Below are positions 23,656 to 36,471 of a stretch of 64,000 nt of DNA, piece by piece. The position numbers were made by a program, and so were the translations under genes. The notes under the pieces are model-generated. The model saw nothing but the letters and a program-made list of their open reading frames with translations, made no database searches and was not told the DNA's origin. How positions within the stretch are numbered: the first letter of the stretch is position 1; each line of letters begins with the position of its first letter. The DNA comes from Squalus acanthias (lineage: Eukaryota), in contig CM059431.1 in NCBI GenBank assembly GCA_030390025.1, positions 122,142,001-122,206,000 on the forward strand. Direction: 5' to 3'.

Positions 23656-24504
23656 TCTTGCATTGGCACCTGAACAGTGCTGGCCCCAATGATATGACCA
23701 GTCCTATATGTTTTCCTTAAGACTGAACACGTTAAGGGCATAAGAAAAGTAAAGAATGAGAAGTAATTTGATTCATCAAGACCACACCTTCTAATTTTAC
23801 TTAATGCCATATCATGTCAACAGAACAAGACCAATTATGTTCCAAAGGACATTTGATCATTTGCCAGTACACTGAACCTGACAAATTTCAATAATTTTAT
23901 AATCAAATATTCATTCAACACTTTTTAGAATAAATTGTTTCTCTCATTAATTTTTCTCTAACAATTTTCTATTCTCCCCTCCCCTCCCCTCATTACCTGA
24001 GGCCACTGCCGTACAGCTCCACCACTGCCAAGTACGGTCTTGTTTTGGGATTCTTTGACCATTTATTTGTGAAAATGACTTGGGCATGATTTATGTCAGA
24101 ATGTGTTATTTTAGCAAAAGCTTGCCAAAAGGAGGTTAGCTTTCCAAGACAACTCCATGCTGTGTTTTGGACCCATAAGCAGACAAATGGTAATTTAAAA
24201 GCAAGATGGGAAATTGTTTCTCAGACACCTGAGCAGTGAATAATTGTAGTTGTTAGTCAGAGAGACATCCAACGCTTTGTTATTGGAACCCGATTTTAAT
24301 GTCTGTGGGGCTGTGAGAGATACTTTTAAAAATCAGGTTGTTGCCACCAAGACCAATCAAGCAGCAGAAGGCCGCAAAAGGAACAACTACTATGCTGGGC
24401 CATGTTGCAGGATGCAAAGAGATTTTGCTTTTAAGTTGAGTTCCATGACCTGCAAGAATGGATAAGCATTCACACCTTCTTTATTTTTGTAACAGTATAG
24501 CTCT

Positions 24505-26135
24505 TCAACAAGATTGAAGCATTTGCATACATCTTCAGCCAGAAGCCAGTCTTCAGCCAATTCAATTCACTCCATGTGATATCAAGAAACAGCTGAGCGC
24601 ACTGGATACAGCAAAGGCTATAGGCCTCGACAGCATCCTGGCTATCGAGCTGAAGACATGAGCTCCAGAACTAGCCGCGCCTCTAGCCAAGCTGTTCCAG
24701 TACAGCTACAACACTGGCATCTACCCGACAATGTGGAAAACTGCCCAGGTATGTCCTGTTCACAAAAAGCAGGGCAAATCCAATCCGGCCAATTACCGAC
24801 CCATCAGTCTACTCTCAATCATCAGCAAAATGATGGAAGGTGTCGTCGACAGTGCTAACAAGCGGCAGTTACTCAGCAATAACCTGCTCACCGATGCTCA
24901 GTTTGAGTTCTGCTAGGACCACTCAGCTCCAGCCCTCATTACAGCCTTGTTCAAAAGATCTGAATTCCAGAGGTGAGGTGAGAGTGACTGCCCTTGACAT
25001 CAAGGCAGCATTTGACCAAGTGTGGCATCAAGGAGCCCTAGTAAAATTGAAATCAATGGGAATGGGGGAAAACGCTCCACTGAGGGGGAGAGTCATACCT
25101 AGCACAAAGGAAGATGGTTGTGGTTGTTGGAGGTAAATCACCTCAGCCCCATGACATCACTGCAGGAGCTCCTCAGCGCAGTGTCCTAGGCCCAACCATC
25201 TTCAGCTGCTCCATCAATGACCTTCCCTCCATCATAAGGTCAGAAGTTGGGATGTTCGCTGATGATTGCAAACTCATTCACAGCTCCTCAGATAATGAAG
25301 CAGTCCATGCCTGCATGCAACAAGATTTGGACAACATTCAGACTTGGGCTGATAAGTGGAAAGTAACATTTGCGCCAAGCAAGTGCCAGGCAATGACTAT
25401 CTCCAACAAGCAAGAGTCTAACCACCGCCCCTTGACATTCAACGGCATTACCCACCATCAACATCCTAGGGATAACCATTGATCAGAAACTTAACTGGAC
25501 TAGCCACAAAAACACTGTGGCCACAAGAGTAGGTCAGACGCTGGGTATTCTGCAGAGTGTGCCTCACCTCCTGACTCTCCAAAGCCTTTCCACCATCTAC
25601 AAGGTAGAAGTAAGGAGTGTGATGGAATACTCTCCACTTGCCTGGATGAGTGCAACTGCAACAACACTCCAGAAGCTCAACACCATTCAGACAAAGTAGC
25701 CCACTTGATTGGCACCCCATCCACCACCTTAAACATTCATTCCTTCCACCACTGGTGACTGTAGCTGCAGTGTGTACTATCTACAAGATGCACTGCTGCA
25801 ACTCGCTGAGGCTTATTCGATAGCACCTCCCAACCCTGCGACGTCTACCACTTAGAAGGACAAGGGCAGCAGGCGTATGGGAACACCATCACCTGCAAAT
25901 TCCCCTCCAAGTCACACACCATCCTAACTTGGAAATATATCGGCATTCCTTCATTGTCGCTGGGTCAAAATCCTGGAACTCCCTCCCTAACAGCACTATG
26001 GGAGTACCTTCACCACGCGGACTGCAGCGGTTCAAGAAGGCGGCTCACCACCACCTTCTCAAGGGCAATTAAGGATGGGAATAAATGGTGGCCTTGCCAG
26101 CAATGTCCACATCCCTGGAATGAATTAAAAACAAA
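24505..26135 (+). mobile_element. LINE family A, 5'-truncated, disrupted RT
   Basis: NYRPISLLS, ALDIKAAFDQVWH, MFADD and the family 3' UTR. Confidence 0.93.
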
Positions 26136-26217
26136 CTGGGATCAGGTTACTCAATGCAGACTGGGTGGGGATCCAACCTGGTATATTCCTGGTGTGGGGG
26201 TGGGTGGTGGAAGGCAG

Positions 26218-26387
26218 GGCTGTAATTTTAAATTTCGGAGATGGAGTAAAATGCACAATATCAAGTTAGTTGTCCATTATGCTCCATGCGTGAAGTCAAT
26301 GGAAGGGGAAATCAGGCGGGTTGTAAATTGGGCACTCACTTCAATATCATCCATGTTACACCTTCTCCCAAAGTTAAGATTACCTCC
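26218..26387. mobile_element. Short palindromic MITE (degenerate)
   Basis: GGGCTGTAATTTTAA...TTAAGATTACCTCC ends with an AGTCAATGG centre. Confidence 0.6.
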
Positions 26388-26624
26388 TGCTCTCTGGCTT
26401 AGCTACTCACTGGTTGAACTTACTGATCCATTGATGGAGTTACTACTCCCTTATGAATTCATTTATCACCATATTACTTAGTCAGCTTTCCCAGCTTTCA
26501 AGGAAGTTCCATATTTAGTGGGAACAAATCTAGGCATGGGTAATGATATAAAACTCACCAAAAAAAAAGAGAGAACAGGATTTGACAAGAAGAGAGAATA
26601 GGAACATGGAAATGCAGGTGAGCA

Positions 26625-26765
26625 GAATTTAAGAACATAAGATATAGGAGCAGGATTAGGCCATATGCCCCTCGAGCCTGCTCCGCCATTCAATAAGATC
26701 ATGGCTGATCTACCTCAACACTTTCCCGCCTTATCACTGTATCCCTTGATTCCTTTAGTGACCTA
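26625..26765 (-). mobile_element. CR1 3' tail fragment
   Basis: Reverse complement of the tail at 23520-23655. Confidence 0.85.
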
Positions 26766-27375
26766 AAACAGAAATGTTTTGATTCAGTACTTTTTATTGG
26801 TATATTTGTTTTGAAGTTGCATGGGGCTAATATTCCATTAATTAAGCTATTCTTGCTGTTTGCGTAGATTTATTTCTCTAATATTAGGTTTGTTTTGATG
26901 CCACTGTTTCTGAGCTGAAAATGTTCCTCTAGGTAACGGTGACTTGATTTCAAAAAGTAATCCATTTGTTATGAAGTGATTTGGAATGTGATATGATGCT
27001 ATATAAGTGCACAATCTTATCTTTCTGTAAAAAATGGCCAGCTCAGGGAGACAAAATTCCCTGAAAATGACAGTAGTCAAAAGATGCCATTACACTAACA
27101 CTTTGTGTCAATGCAAAGTGATTTCACCTCTGTAGTATAGCAAAATTACATTATAGGTCAACTTTTCTGAATGTGTCCTCCTGGCGTGTAACCTCACCCA
27201 TCAAGAGTGTGTATTGGGAAATCATGCACACATGATTTTCTGTCAATCAATTACAGTGAGTTGAAAATTATGGGGAGTATGTGCATTAATCCTGATATGT
27301 AGTCACAGCAGACAAGGCTCTGCACCAGGAAAGCACATTTATGAAATTTACCCTTATAGGGAAATAGGAGCTCAC

Positions 27376-27832
27376 CAATGGCTCAGTTAGTAGCACTCTC
27401 GCCTCTGAGTCAGAAAGTTGTGGGTTCAAGTCCCACTCCAGAGATTTGAGCACAAAATCCAGGCTGACACTCCAGTGCAGGACTGAGGGAGTGCTGCATT
27501 GTCGGAGGTGCCGTCTTTCAGCTGAGACGTTAAACCGAGGCCCCATCTGCCCTCTCAAGTGGACATAAAGCATACCATGCCACTATTCCAAAGAAGAGCA
27601 GGGGAGTTCTCCCTGGTGTTGTAGCCAATATTTATCTCTCAAACAATGTCACTAAAAAACAGCTTTTCTGGTCATTATCACATTGCTGTTTGTGCGACCT
27701 TACTGTGCGCAAATTGGCTGCTGTGTTTCCTACAGTGATAGCACTTCAAAAGTACTTAATTTGCTGTAATGAACTTTGGGACGTCCTGAGGTCATGAAAG
27801 GTGCTAAATAAATGCAAGTCTTTCTTTCTTTA
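27376..27832 (+). mobile_element. tRNA-headed SINE, near full length (SacSINE1/Deu-SINE-like) with L2-type tail
   Basis: A box TGGCTCAGTTAG, B box GGTTCAAGTCC. Tail GAAAGGTGCTAAATAAATGCAAG(TCTT)n resembles the L2 tails at 12890 and 29730. Other copies at 45060 and 50695. Confidence 0.85.
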
Positions 27833-28156
27833 TAGCTCTGGAGTCAGGTTCATGTCAGGCTTTGCACGTAGCACCGTGAGACCTCTCGGGAGGCAGTCTC
27901 ACACAACTTGCAGAGAGCCGGCACAGGCTCGATGGGCTGAATGGTCTTCTTCCGTGCTGTAACCATTGTATAACTTGTCATCGATGACGACGAACACCTT
28001 GCTAAGGCCATCCCCACGCCTCCACTACTCGCCTTCAAGCAGCCGCCTAACCTCAAAAGTACCATCGTCCGCAGCAAATTACCCAGCTGTCAGGAGAACA
28101 GCGACCACGACACCACACAACCCTGCCACGGCAACCTCTGCAAGACATGCCAGACC

Positions 28157-28546
28157 ATGAACACAGATACTGTCATCACACGTGAGGACACTACCCACCA
28201 GGTACATGTAACATACTCATGTGACTCGGCCAACGTTGTCTACCTGATACGTTGCAGGAAAGGATGCCCCAGAGCATGGTACATCGGCGAGACCATGAAG
28301 ACACTGAGACAACGTATGAACGGACACCGCGCAACAATCGCCAGGCAGGATAGTTGCCTTCCAGTCGGGGAACACTTCAGCAGTCAAGGGCATTCAGCCT
28401 CGGATCTGCGGGTTAGCGTTCTCCAAGGCGGCCTTCGAGACACACGACAACGCAAAATCATCGAGCAGAAACTGATAGCCAAGTTCCGCACTCATGAGGA
28501 CGGCCTCAATAGGGATATCAGGTTCATGTCACGCTACAGAACGTGA
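28157..28546 (+). pseudogene. Penelope GIY-YIG endonuclease domain
   Basis: CDSANVVYLIRC...WYIGET...LRQRMNGHR...PVGEHF...EQKLI...GLN. Confidence 0.92.
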
Positions 28547-28814
28547 CTTGACATCGTTGTCTGTCTTTCCAGTTTTTAAAAAACAAACACAAAAAAACAA
28601 ACCTAAAAAACAAACCCCAAAAAGACAGAGAGAGTGGAAGGGATATGGAGAGAGGTCTGCTGCAGACAGCAGGATTTGACACGTTGGACCCCCTGGGACA
28701 CATCTCATTGTCTTGGCTGTGCTCTTGGTGTGTCTTTGATGTAAGGAAAGATTGTATCTCTGCAGTATCTGTGTTTATATTCTGTGAACTTTTGTAGATT
28801 CACTCATTGTAACT

Positions 28815-28854
28815 TTACCTGAAGAAGGGGCAGGATAGCTCTGAAAGCTTGTAA
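28815..28854 (+). ncRNA. Minimal type I hammerhead ribozyme (Penelope-associated)
   Basis: TTAC-CTGAAGA-A-GGGGC(AGGATA)GCTCT-GAAA-GCTT-GTAA: core boxes, stem II with G-U pairs, stem I TTAC/GTAA, palindromic AAGCTT in place of stem III. Confidence 0.72.
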
Positions 28855-29439
28855 TTTTAAATAAATCTGTTGGACTATAACCTGGTGTTGTGCGACTTCT
28901 CATCATTAAATGGTGGAGCAGGCTCGAGGTGCCAAATGGCCTGCTCCTGCACCTATTTCTTATGTTCTTATGAACAATTGTCAATAGACCCCACAAAAAT
29001 GTGTGTAAGGGTGAGGAGCACAATTCTCTTCACCTTGCTCCTGATACCAACAAATCTGTTCTTCATTTACAATCATGTACGAGGGACTTGGGTGATTGTT
29101 TTCATTTGGTTGGTGACCTCCATTCATTAACTTTTACTTGAAGATGGCCTTTAGCCACAAATAGGACCTCTCTTCTTTGGTGCCCATCCCACAGCAGGAG
29201 CTCTAAATCTTTAGCATCAGATGGAGTAATATTGGCTATATGTCTCTGCTATGCCATTGTCAATGATAACAGTCCATGCTGCTGGCAGGGAACTTCATCT
29301 GCCAACAGTGCAAGTAGGAAATTTTGTTATGTGCTGCCCACACTTTTCCAACCAATATTTTAATATAGACTATTAGTGGGCCAGGGCCTCACCAGCTATA
29401 TATACTCTTTAAAACTGCCTTTAATTAGTATGCTTTCCT

Positions 29440-29760
29440 GCCATACCCTTTGAGATATCTGCACGCCTCCAATTCTGGCATCTTGCGCATCCCCAATTTT
29501 AATTACTCCACCATTGGCGGCCGTGCCTTCAGCTGCCAAGACCTTAAGATCTGTAATTCCCTCCCTAAAAATCTCTATGTCTCTCTCATCCTTTAAGACA
29601 CTCCTTAAAACCTACCTCTTTGACCAAGCTTTTTGTAATCTGCCCTAATATCTCCTTATGATTCTTGGTGTCAAATTTTGTTTGCTAACTATCCTGTGAA
29701 GTTCCTTAGGACGTTTTACTACATTGAAGGCACTACATAAATACAAGTTATTGTTGTTTT
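29440..29760 (+). mobile_element. L2-like LINE 3' end
   Basis: TIGGRAFS...NSLP...FKTLLKTYLF and tail ATAAATACAAGTTATTGTTG. Confidence 0.8.
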
Positions 29761-30322
29761 TGTATCTCATAACTTCTCCTTTAATGGTGAGCTTCAGCCC
29801 TTTTAGAGCTGCTGCCCTGTTGAAGTTTTTGTTTAAAAATTCGGGTGTTTTACTCCACACATTAGCGCCATGAAATGGCGAAAAAACGGCGGCCAGCACT
29901 CTTCCACCAGCTGATGGCAGATCCTGCAGCGGCCACCATTTTGCGAGGGCCGGTAGTGCTGCCGATAAACACGATCGCTGGAGGAATTGAAATTAAACAG
30001 ATCATGACGTCAGTGAGTGTGCAATGCTCACTTGACACCTAATCTGCAGCATTGGATTCCGCCGTTCAAATTACCGTCATGTCTAAACAATGACAGGGAG
30101 GGCAAGCGTTCAACAGCAGGAAGGAGGCTCCAGCAGTTGTATTTAAAGGGATCATCAGCAATCAGTTGCACCTGACATATTTCTGCATTTTGACTGGGTC
30201 TGTGCTACTTTCTGCATCTCCACCAGCTTTATTAACATCTTTGAAGGTTCTAAGGTAACAGGGAGTGTTGTTGCAAGTGCAGAATGCCTTCATTATTTTT
30301 TAAAGGCTTCTTGCTCACAGTC

Positions 30323-31460
30323 ATGGGGGCTCTACTGGTAGTTGACCTCACACTCCAGGATCTGTAGCAGAGGGGATGGAGGCAGTGAGGAAGATGGAAA
30401 CATGCGCATAGAGGGAGGAGGAGCAGGGCCATGAGAGCTCGCAACAGGATGCCTTACCCACCGAGGGTCTTCCGACAGCACTTCTCCTACTTCCACTTAA
30501 GTGAGGAGCAGTGTATTAGGAGACTCCGCTTCACCAAGGAGGTGGTCACAGAACTGTGCCACCTCCTGCAACCAGACCGGCAGCCTGAGAGCAGGGTGAC
30601 CACAGCTCTCCCAGTGCCAATCAAGGTCACCGTGGCCCTTAACTTCTTCACCAGCGGATCCTTCCAGTCTGCAACAGGAGATATAGCTAACATCTCAGTT
30701 CACCATCCATTGCTACTTCTGGGAGGTCACTGAGGCTCTCTACACCAGGGGAGGGGCTTCTCTCTCAGCAGAGTGCTCATGTGGCTTTGCCAGGATAGTG
30801 GGCTTCCCCATGGTGCAGGGCGCCATCAACTGCACCCACGTGGCTTTACGGGCACCGCATAACAATCCTGAGACCTTCCGTAACCTCAATGGCTACCACT
30901 CACTTAATGTGCAGTTGGTGTGTGACTACGCACAGCGATTCCTCAATGTCAATGCCAGCTATCCTGGCAGCAGCCATAATGCCTTCATCTTGCATCAGTC
31001 CGGTGTGCCAGCAATCTTCCAGCCACCACAGCAAACTTGAGAATGGCTGCTTGGAGACAAGGGCAATCTGATCTCCACCTGGCTCATGATTCCCATCTGC
31101 AACCCCAACACTCATGCCCAGCATTCATATAATGAGAACCATGCTTCCACCAGGAACATCATCGTGCAGACCATCGGACTACTGAAGCAACAGTTCTGCT
31201 GCCTTGACCACGCGGAAGGAGCCCTCCAGTACTCGGCAGAGCGGGTGTGCCATTTTGTGATAGTCTGCTGAATGCTTCATAACTTGGCCAATATGAGGGC
31301 GCAGCCCTTGCCAACAGGGATTGTGGCACCACCTGAGGAGGAGGAAGAGGACGAGGAGGATGATGCAAATGAGGGAGGGAGGAGGCAGGCAGCCAATCAT
31401 CCTTCTGGCTGGTGGAAGGCTGCTCAGTTTCCATGCGGGAGACTTCAGATGGCCTTGCAG
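30323..31460 (+). pseudogene. Harbinger DDE transposase, frameshifted
   Basis: YPPRVFRQ, LSEEQCIRRLRF, LPVPIKVTVALNFFTSGSFQ, GAINCTHV, GSSHNAFIL, WLLGDKG, YNENHASTRNII, MLHNL, acidic tail. Confidence 0.92.
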
Positions 31461-31499
31461 GATGATTTTGAGCAGCTCTGGCCCATAAAGACCCAGCTG

Positions 31500-33296
31500 T
31501 CAACGGCACCACCTCGGTATGGGTGGCAGCAGTCTGGACTGGCTGACTGAGAGACAGTGGCAAGGGCAATGGTGAAGTAGGAACAGGAATACTGTCATCT
31601 TGAGATGGGGCAGCAGGGTCCTGCTCCACTGACCCATTGCTACTCCTCCGGGGCAGTTCCTCAGCATTCCTAGCAATTTGTTGGATCACAGATTACTGGC
31701 CTGCTGCGACACCCTGAAAGTCCCAGTCGATGGTGGTAAACTCAACCACGATGGCAACAGTCGGAGCTTGGGTGGCATCACACCGAGGCTGCATGAGAGC
31801 AGTCTGAGTTTCGATGGCACCAAGCAGAGACTGCATGAGAGCAGTCTGAGCATCCGCTGTAGCACTAAGACATTGGGTCGCTTCGGTCTGTGCTGTAAAG
31901 GATGCTGCAACATCGCCCATCATGCGCACCATCACATCTGGATCACCGCAGTCTCTCAGGGAGTGTACCATCATTTCCAAGCTGGAAATCCTGGGCTCCA
32001 TGCTCTGCACAGAGCCTCATGCAATGTTGGAGGCAGACTCCTCCACACACCTTGACATTGCCGAGAGGCTCTCTGGCAGTCTTGCCATTGCACCCATCAA
32101 TTCGCTGTGCATGCCCATCACCCTTCTTCTGAAGGCCTCCCCAACAAGGTCCTCATCTGAGTCCTGTGCAGCAGAACTCATGCATGAACTCACCCTCCAG
32201 GGAGCTGACCCCCGAGATACCCTTTCCCCCTGGCCTTGCTGAAGCCCACTCGTGCCCAGTGCCTCATCCTTTGTAGATCCCGCTTCTACACTAACCTCTA
32301 AAGTTTGTGTAGTGCTAGTTTCTGAGCTGGTGTCTGCGAGTGACAGATGCAGTGATGCGGTGTTTTCTTCCTCATCTTCTTCCTCATCTTCTTCTCCCCC
32401 CTTCACTCTCTGCGATTACCTCAGGGACACGCTGCTCAAGTGCTTGTTGATTATCTGAAAGCAGAAAGGCACAAGAGTCTGGTTAAGGTGAGGGGAGGGG
32501 AGGGTGCAGAAGCCAAAAATGCATGCATAGAGCATGAGTAGCTTGAAAGTGAGAAAAGATTGTGGGCTGAGGGGAAGTGGGATGTGAGAAGATGGATTAG
32601 GAATGAACATACCATTGTTGTCCCCAAGGGATTGAACCTCGCTGGTTGCCAAGGCGTCGACCACGAGCCGCATAATGATCTCCAGTACTCGCTCCTCCAG
32701 CTGGCTGAAGTCCTGCGTGTCCACCTGGCCCCCACCTGTCTGCTGCTGCTCCTGCCGATTATGTGGCACCTTGGCCTGCAAGAGAAAGGAAAGTGTGTGA
32801 GTGAGTTTAGTGCAATGTGTTGGGTGATGTGCTTGCCCTAGTTGAATAACTGTCAGTATGTGCAAGGTGTGAGATGTGAATGTTGCAGCAGTGGCAAGGT
32901 TGTGAGGGTGAAGTGAAGCTCTGATTGTGAGGTGTGAGTGGTGAAAGGTAGAGATTGTTGGTAGGTGAGTGCTGGGGGTGTGGTGCATTGAGCAGTGTGT
33001 GAGGCTTGTGGTGCAGATGGTGGTATGTGGCATTTGCTGAAGCTTTCACTCACCTTGACCACCTGAGTGAGGTCATTAAACTTCTTCCTGCACTGGATGG
33101 CGATCCTGGGGACCGCAGTACTGGCCGTCACATGGTCTGTAATCTCTTGCCACATCATTTGGGACCTATACGGTGAGGGCTTCCTGCCAGTTTGTGGGGA
33201 TAGGTCAGCCCACCTCCTCTCCACAATGACTACGAGTGCCTCCAGAGCTTCATCGGAGAACCTCCTGGCTCTCTCCGTGGTACAACAATCTGCCAT
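31500..33296 (-). pseudogene. Harbinger Myb/SANT-like gene, 3 exons: 33296-33054, 32775-32613, 32454-about 31500
   Basis: RARRFSDEALEALV...WQEITDHV...RIAIQCRKKFNDLTQVVK then GTGAGT. Exon 2 is AKVPHNRQEQQQTGGG...GTATG. TTTCAG acceptor for exon 3. Intron positions and phases match the gene at 2-2829. Confidence 0.87.
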
Positions 33297-33654
33297 GTGT
33301 ACAGAATTCTTGCTTGCCCTTGAGCTTCTCCTTCGGGTTGATGGGGCAGCTGCAAACCCAACTGCCCTGACAATGAGGTGCTGTAGCATCAATGCACCTC
33401 CCCTTTAAGTAGTGGAAAAAGCCTGTGGCAAACATAACTGTGAATTAGCCCTGATTTTGGTCCACCTGTTGAATGTTAAGCAAATGAGCATCAGTTATCG
33501 TGCTGTCTCTGGGCAAATATTCCATGTAGCCTATTCAAAATAGGGAAGGGACTCCCACTTGACAGTTCAGCACAACCTGGCCCCTGAGCTGCTGGCACAG
33601 ATAAACTTACAGCATAGGGCAGCTCTGCCCCATTTTTTTATTATCAGAAAATCC

Positions 33655-35684
33655 GGGCTAAAAATTCGGGTGCTTTGCGTCATCCGTTACCGTCAAAATG
33701 TAGCGAAAAGATGATGGCCGCCGCTCTTTCGGAAGTCCGGCCGTGTTGCCGATAAGAGTGATGGCCCTGCAAATTTAAATTTGGGAGAGTTAACGTCATT
33801 CAGCATGCAACACCGACTTAATATCACCTCAGCTAACTTGGACAGACAATATCCGTGAAGAGAGAAACAGAGTTGCTGTCTCAGGTTGAGGTGCTGTCTG
33901 ACCTGTTGAGTATTTCCAGCATTTTAAGCTTTTATTTCAGATTTACAGCATTCACTTGCAGAGGGAAGAGGAAGACACAGAAGAGAAGGAAACAGAAGAG
34001 GAGGAAGCAGAAGAGGAAGAAGCAGAAGAGAAGGAACCAGAAGAGGAAGACACTGAAGAGGTGGAAGGAGATGAAGAGGAAGCAGAAGGAAGGATGCAAC
34101 CCAGACAGCCCCTTTCTGGCATATTCGGGATGGAATCATTCGCCTGTGGTACCAGTGACCACAACCCTAATTCCACTTTCAACATTAGTCCCACACCTTA
34201 CCTTCCCTCTGTTACTGACCATCACAGCATTCTCTTGGCCACATTGCTGAAATAAAAGCCGCCACAAAGCAAACTGTCCAATCCAACTTTATACATCTAT
34301 TCATCCAATATGACATAAAAAAATCAACTCATCACCCGTATGCATTCCCTTCGTGACTGTCTTGTGTGTGTTTTGCCTATCCTACTAATGTCAAGCAGTG
34401 CTACCCTAGTGGCTGCAGCATGGCTGGAGGAAGGGTGCTGACTTTCAGTGGGGGACACTGCAGATAGCCTTGCTGGTTGAGCTTGATGAGCTGGTGGCTG
34501 GGAGTGTCAAATCAAGTGACAGTGTTAGTTGCTTCTTCTTCTTCTTCTTCTTCTTCTTCTTCTTCTTCACTTTCCTCTCCCTCTCTTTGATCACCCACTG
34601 GCTGAGCAGGCTGCATTTCTTGGGTGTGTGAAATGAGGAAGGCATAAGGGTGGAGTTATGGAGAGGGGAGGGCGGGAAAACAGGAGGTACATGTGAGAAG
34701 GAGGATAATGTACAGGGATACCAGCATCTTGTATCCTTTCAGCCCTGCCGCTGGCCAAGGGCTCAGCATTGCCCCTGCTAAGAATGGCCAGCACCATCTC
34801 CTCCAAGGGGTTGAGGTGAATCTAGGAATGGGAGGTGTGCCTCGTATTTGGTACAGATTGTTGGTTGGTGAGTGATTGGCGGGGGTAGGAGTCATGCATT
34901 GAGAAGTGTGTGAGGCTAGTAATGCAGTTGGTAGGAGATGGCTTTTGAAGATGCATTCACTGACCTTGACCACTGGTTAGAGGTCATGAAGCTTCTTGGG
35001 GCACTGGAGCCTGGTGGTGGGGCGACACTGCTGGCAGTGACGGCCTCAGTGATGTGGTCCCACATTGTTCTTTCTGGAGAGCCACCAGGCCCCTGTGTGT
35101 AGAGGACCTCTCTTGCAGTGTTGACCCCCTGCACAAAGCTGGAGTGCTGCATGCGAGACCCTAGGTGCCCCTTCCCTGGCTTGCTGAGTCGTTTGTGTTT
35201 GTGTGGAAGCACTTTTCCCATTTTTTGACTTGCAGAAGGGAATTCAGCTTTAAGAGCTGAAGACTCCCATTTGGTAATGTATTTTCAAATGTTATTTTTT
35301 TTTGTAAAAGGCAGTACAGCTGTAAGGGCTGATAACTGCAATTTTTTGCTTCATTTTTATTTTGATAAGTTCAGAAAGCATTGCCCTTTTAAGCAAACGA
35401 CAATGCATTGCCCTTCTAATATCCCACAGTGCCTGGTGAACTCATAGCCTCGCTTCCAGAGGCTGTTGGAAGATGCAACGCCGCTTCTGGACACCACATT
35501 TGGCACTGATGCCAGGAGTAACGCCACCAGGAGGGCGTTACACGGTGAGTTTAGCACTGGGCTAAAAATATTTAGTCCCCAGCGCAAATTTTTCTCTCCT
35601 ACCAGCGCGACCATTTTCAGCGGCCGTTAACCCGAGGCCGCGGTGACATCGGCAACTTTTGTGTTGCAGTCCAATTTCTAGGCC
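33655..35684 (-). mobile_element. Internally deleted Harbinger element, same family as 15845-18001
   Basis: Ends GGGCTAAAAATTCGG / CCAATTTCTAGGCC. 33958-35220 aligns in reverse with about 16260-17415. Contains (TTC)n near 34532-34568. Confidence 0.82.
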
Positions 35685-35792
35685 TCAGACTTTAGTATCA
35701 TGCCTAACATACTATCACCCCATCTCCAATCTCCTTTTTCACTCCAGAGTCCTTGAACATATTGTTGTCTGCATCCATCCGTCACTCCCACA

Positions 35793-36043
35793 ATCTGTCT
35801 GTCTCTCTGTCTCTCTCTGTGTCTCTCTCTCTTTCTCTGTCTCTCTCTCTGTCGCTGTCTCTCTCTGTCTCTCTATCGCTGTCTCTCTCTGTCTCTCTGC
35901 CTCTCTGTCTCTCTCCCTCTCTGTCTCTGTCTGTCTCTGTCTCTGCCTCTGTCTCTCCATCTCTATGTCTCTCTGTATCTCTCTGTCTCTCTCTCTGTCT
36001 CTGTCTCTCTCTCTCTGTCTCTCTCTCTCTCTCTGGCTCTCAC

Positions 36044-36082
<39 letters not shown>

Positions 36083-36439
36083 TTCCCTCTCTGGTTCTCT
36101 CTCTCTCTCTCTGGCTCTCTCTCTCTCTCTGGCTCTCTCTATCTCTCTCTATATAGCTCTCTGTCTCTGTCTCTCTCTCTCTCTGTTTCTCTGTCTCTCT
36201 CCCTGCCTCTCTCTCTCTTTCTCTGTCTCTCTATCTTTCTGTCCCTCTCTCTCTGTCTCTCTCTCTCTGTCTCTCTCTCTCACACTCTCTCTCTCAAACT
36301 CTCTCTCTCACACTCTCTTTCTCACACTCTCTCTCTCTCTCTCTCTCATACTCTCTCTCTCTCTCACACTCTCTCTCTCTCACACTCTCTCTCTCCGTCT
36401 CTCTCTGTCTCTCACTGTCTCTCTCTCTGTCTTGCTCTC

Positions 36440-36470
<31 letters not shown>
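35793..36470. repeat. Long imperfect (CT)n/(CTGTCT)n microsatellite, about 680 bp
   Basis: Direct inspection. Confidence 0.97.

Positions 36471-36471
<1 letters not shown>

Larger units (their letters stand above)
27975..28902 (+). mobile_element. Penelope-like retroelement 3' fragment
   Basis: RT C-terminal remnant AFKQPPNL, GIY-YIG endonuclease, downstream pseudo-LTR with hammerhead and AATAAA. Confidence 0.9.
29830..33658. mobile_element. Second two-gene Harbinger element, decayed
   Basis: Transposase (+) and spliced Myb gene (-) are convergent. Left end AAAAATTCGGGTG (degraded TIR), possible right end AAAATCCGGGC at 33648-33658. Confidence 0.85.

Noticed and set aside
27379..27440. tRNA gene
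   Set aside because: It is the tRNA-derived head of a SINE and continues into SINE body and tail.
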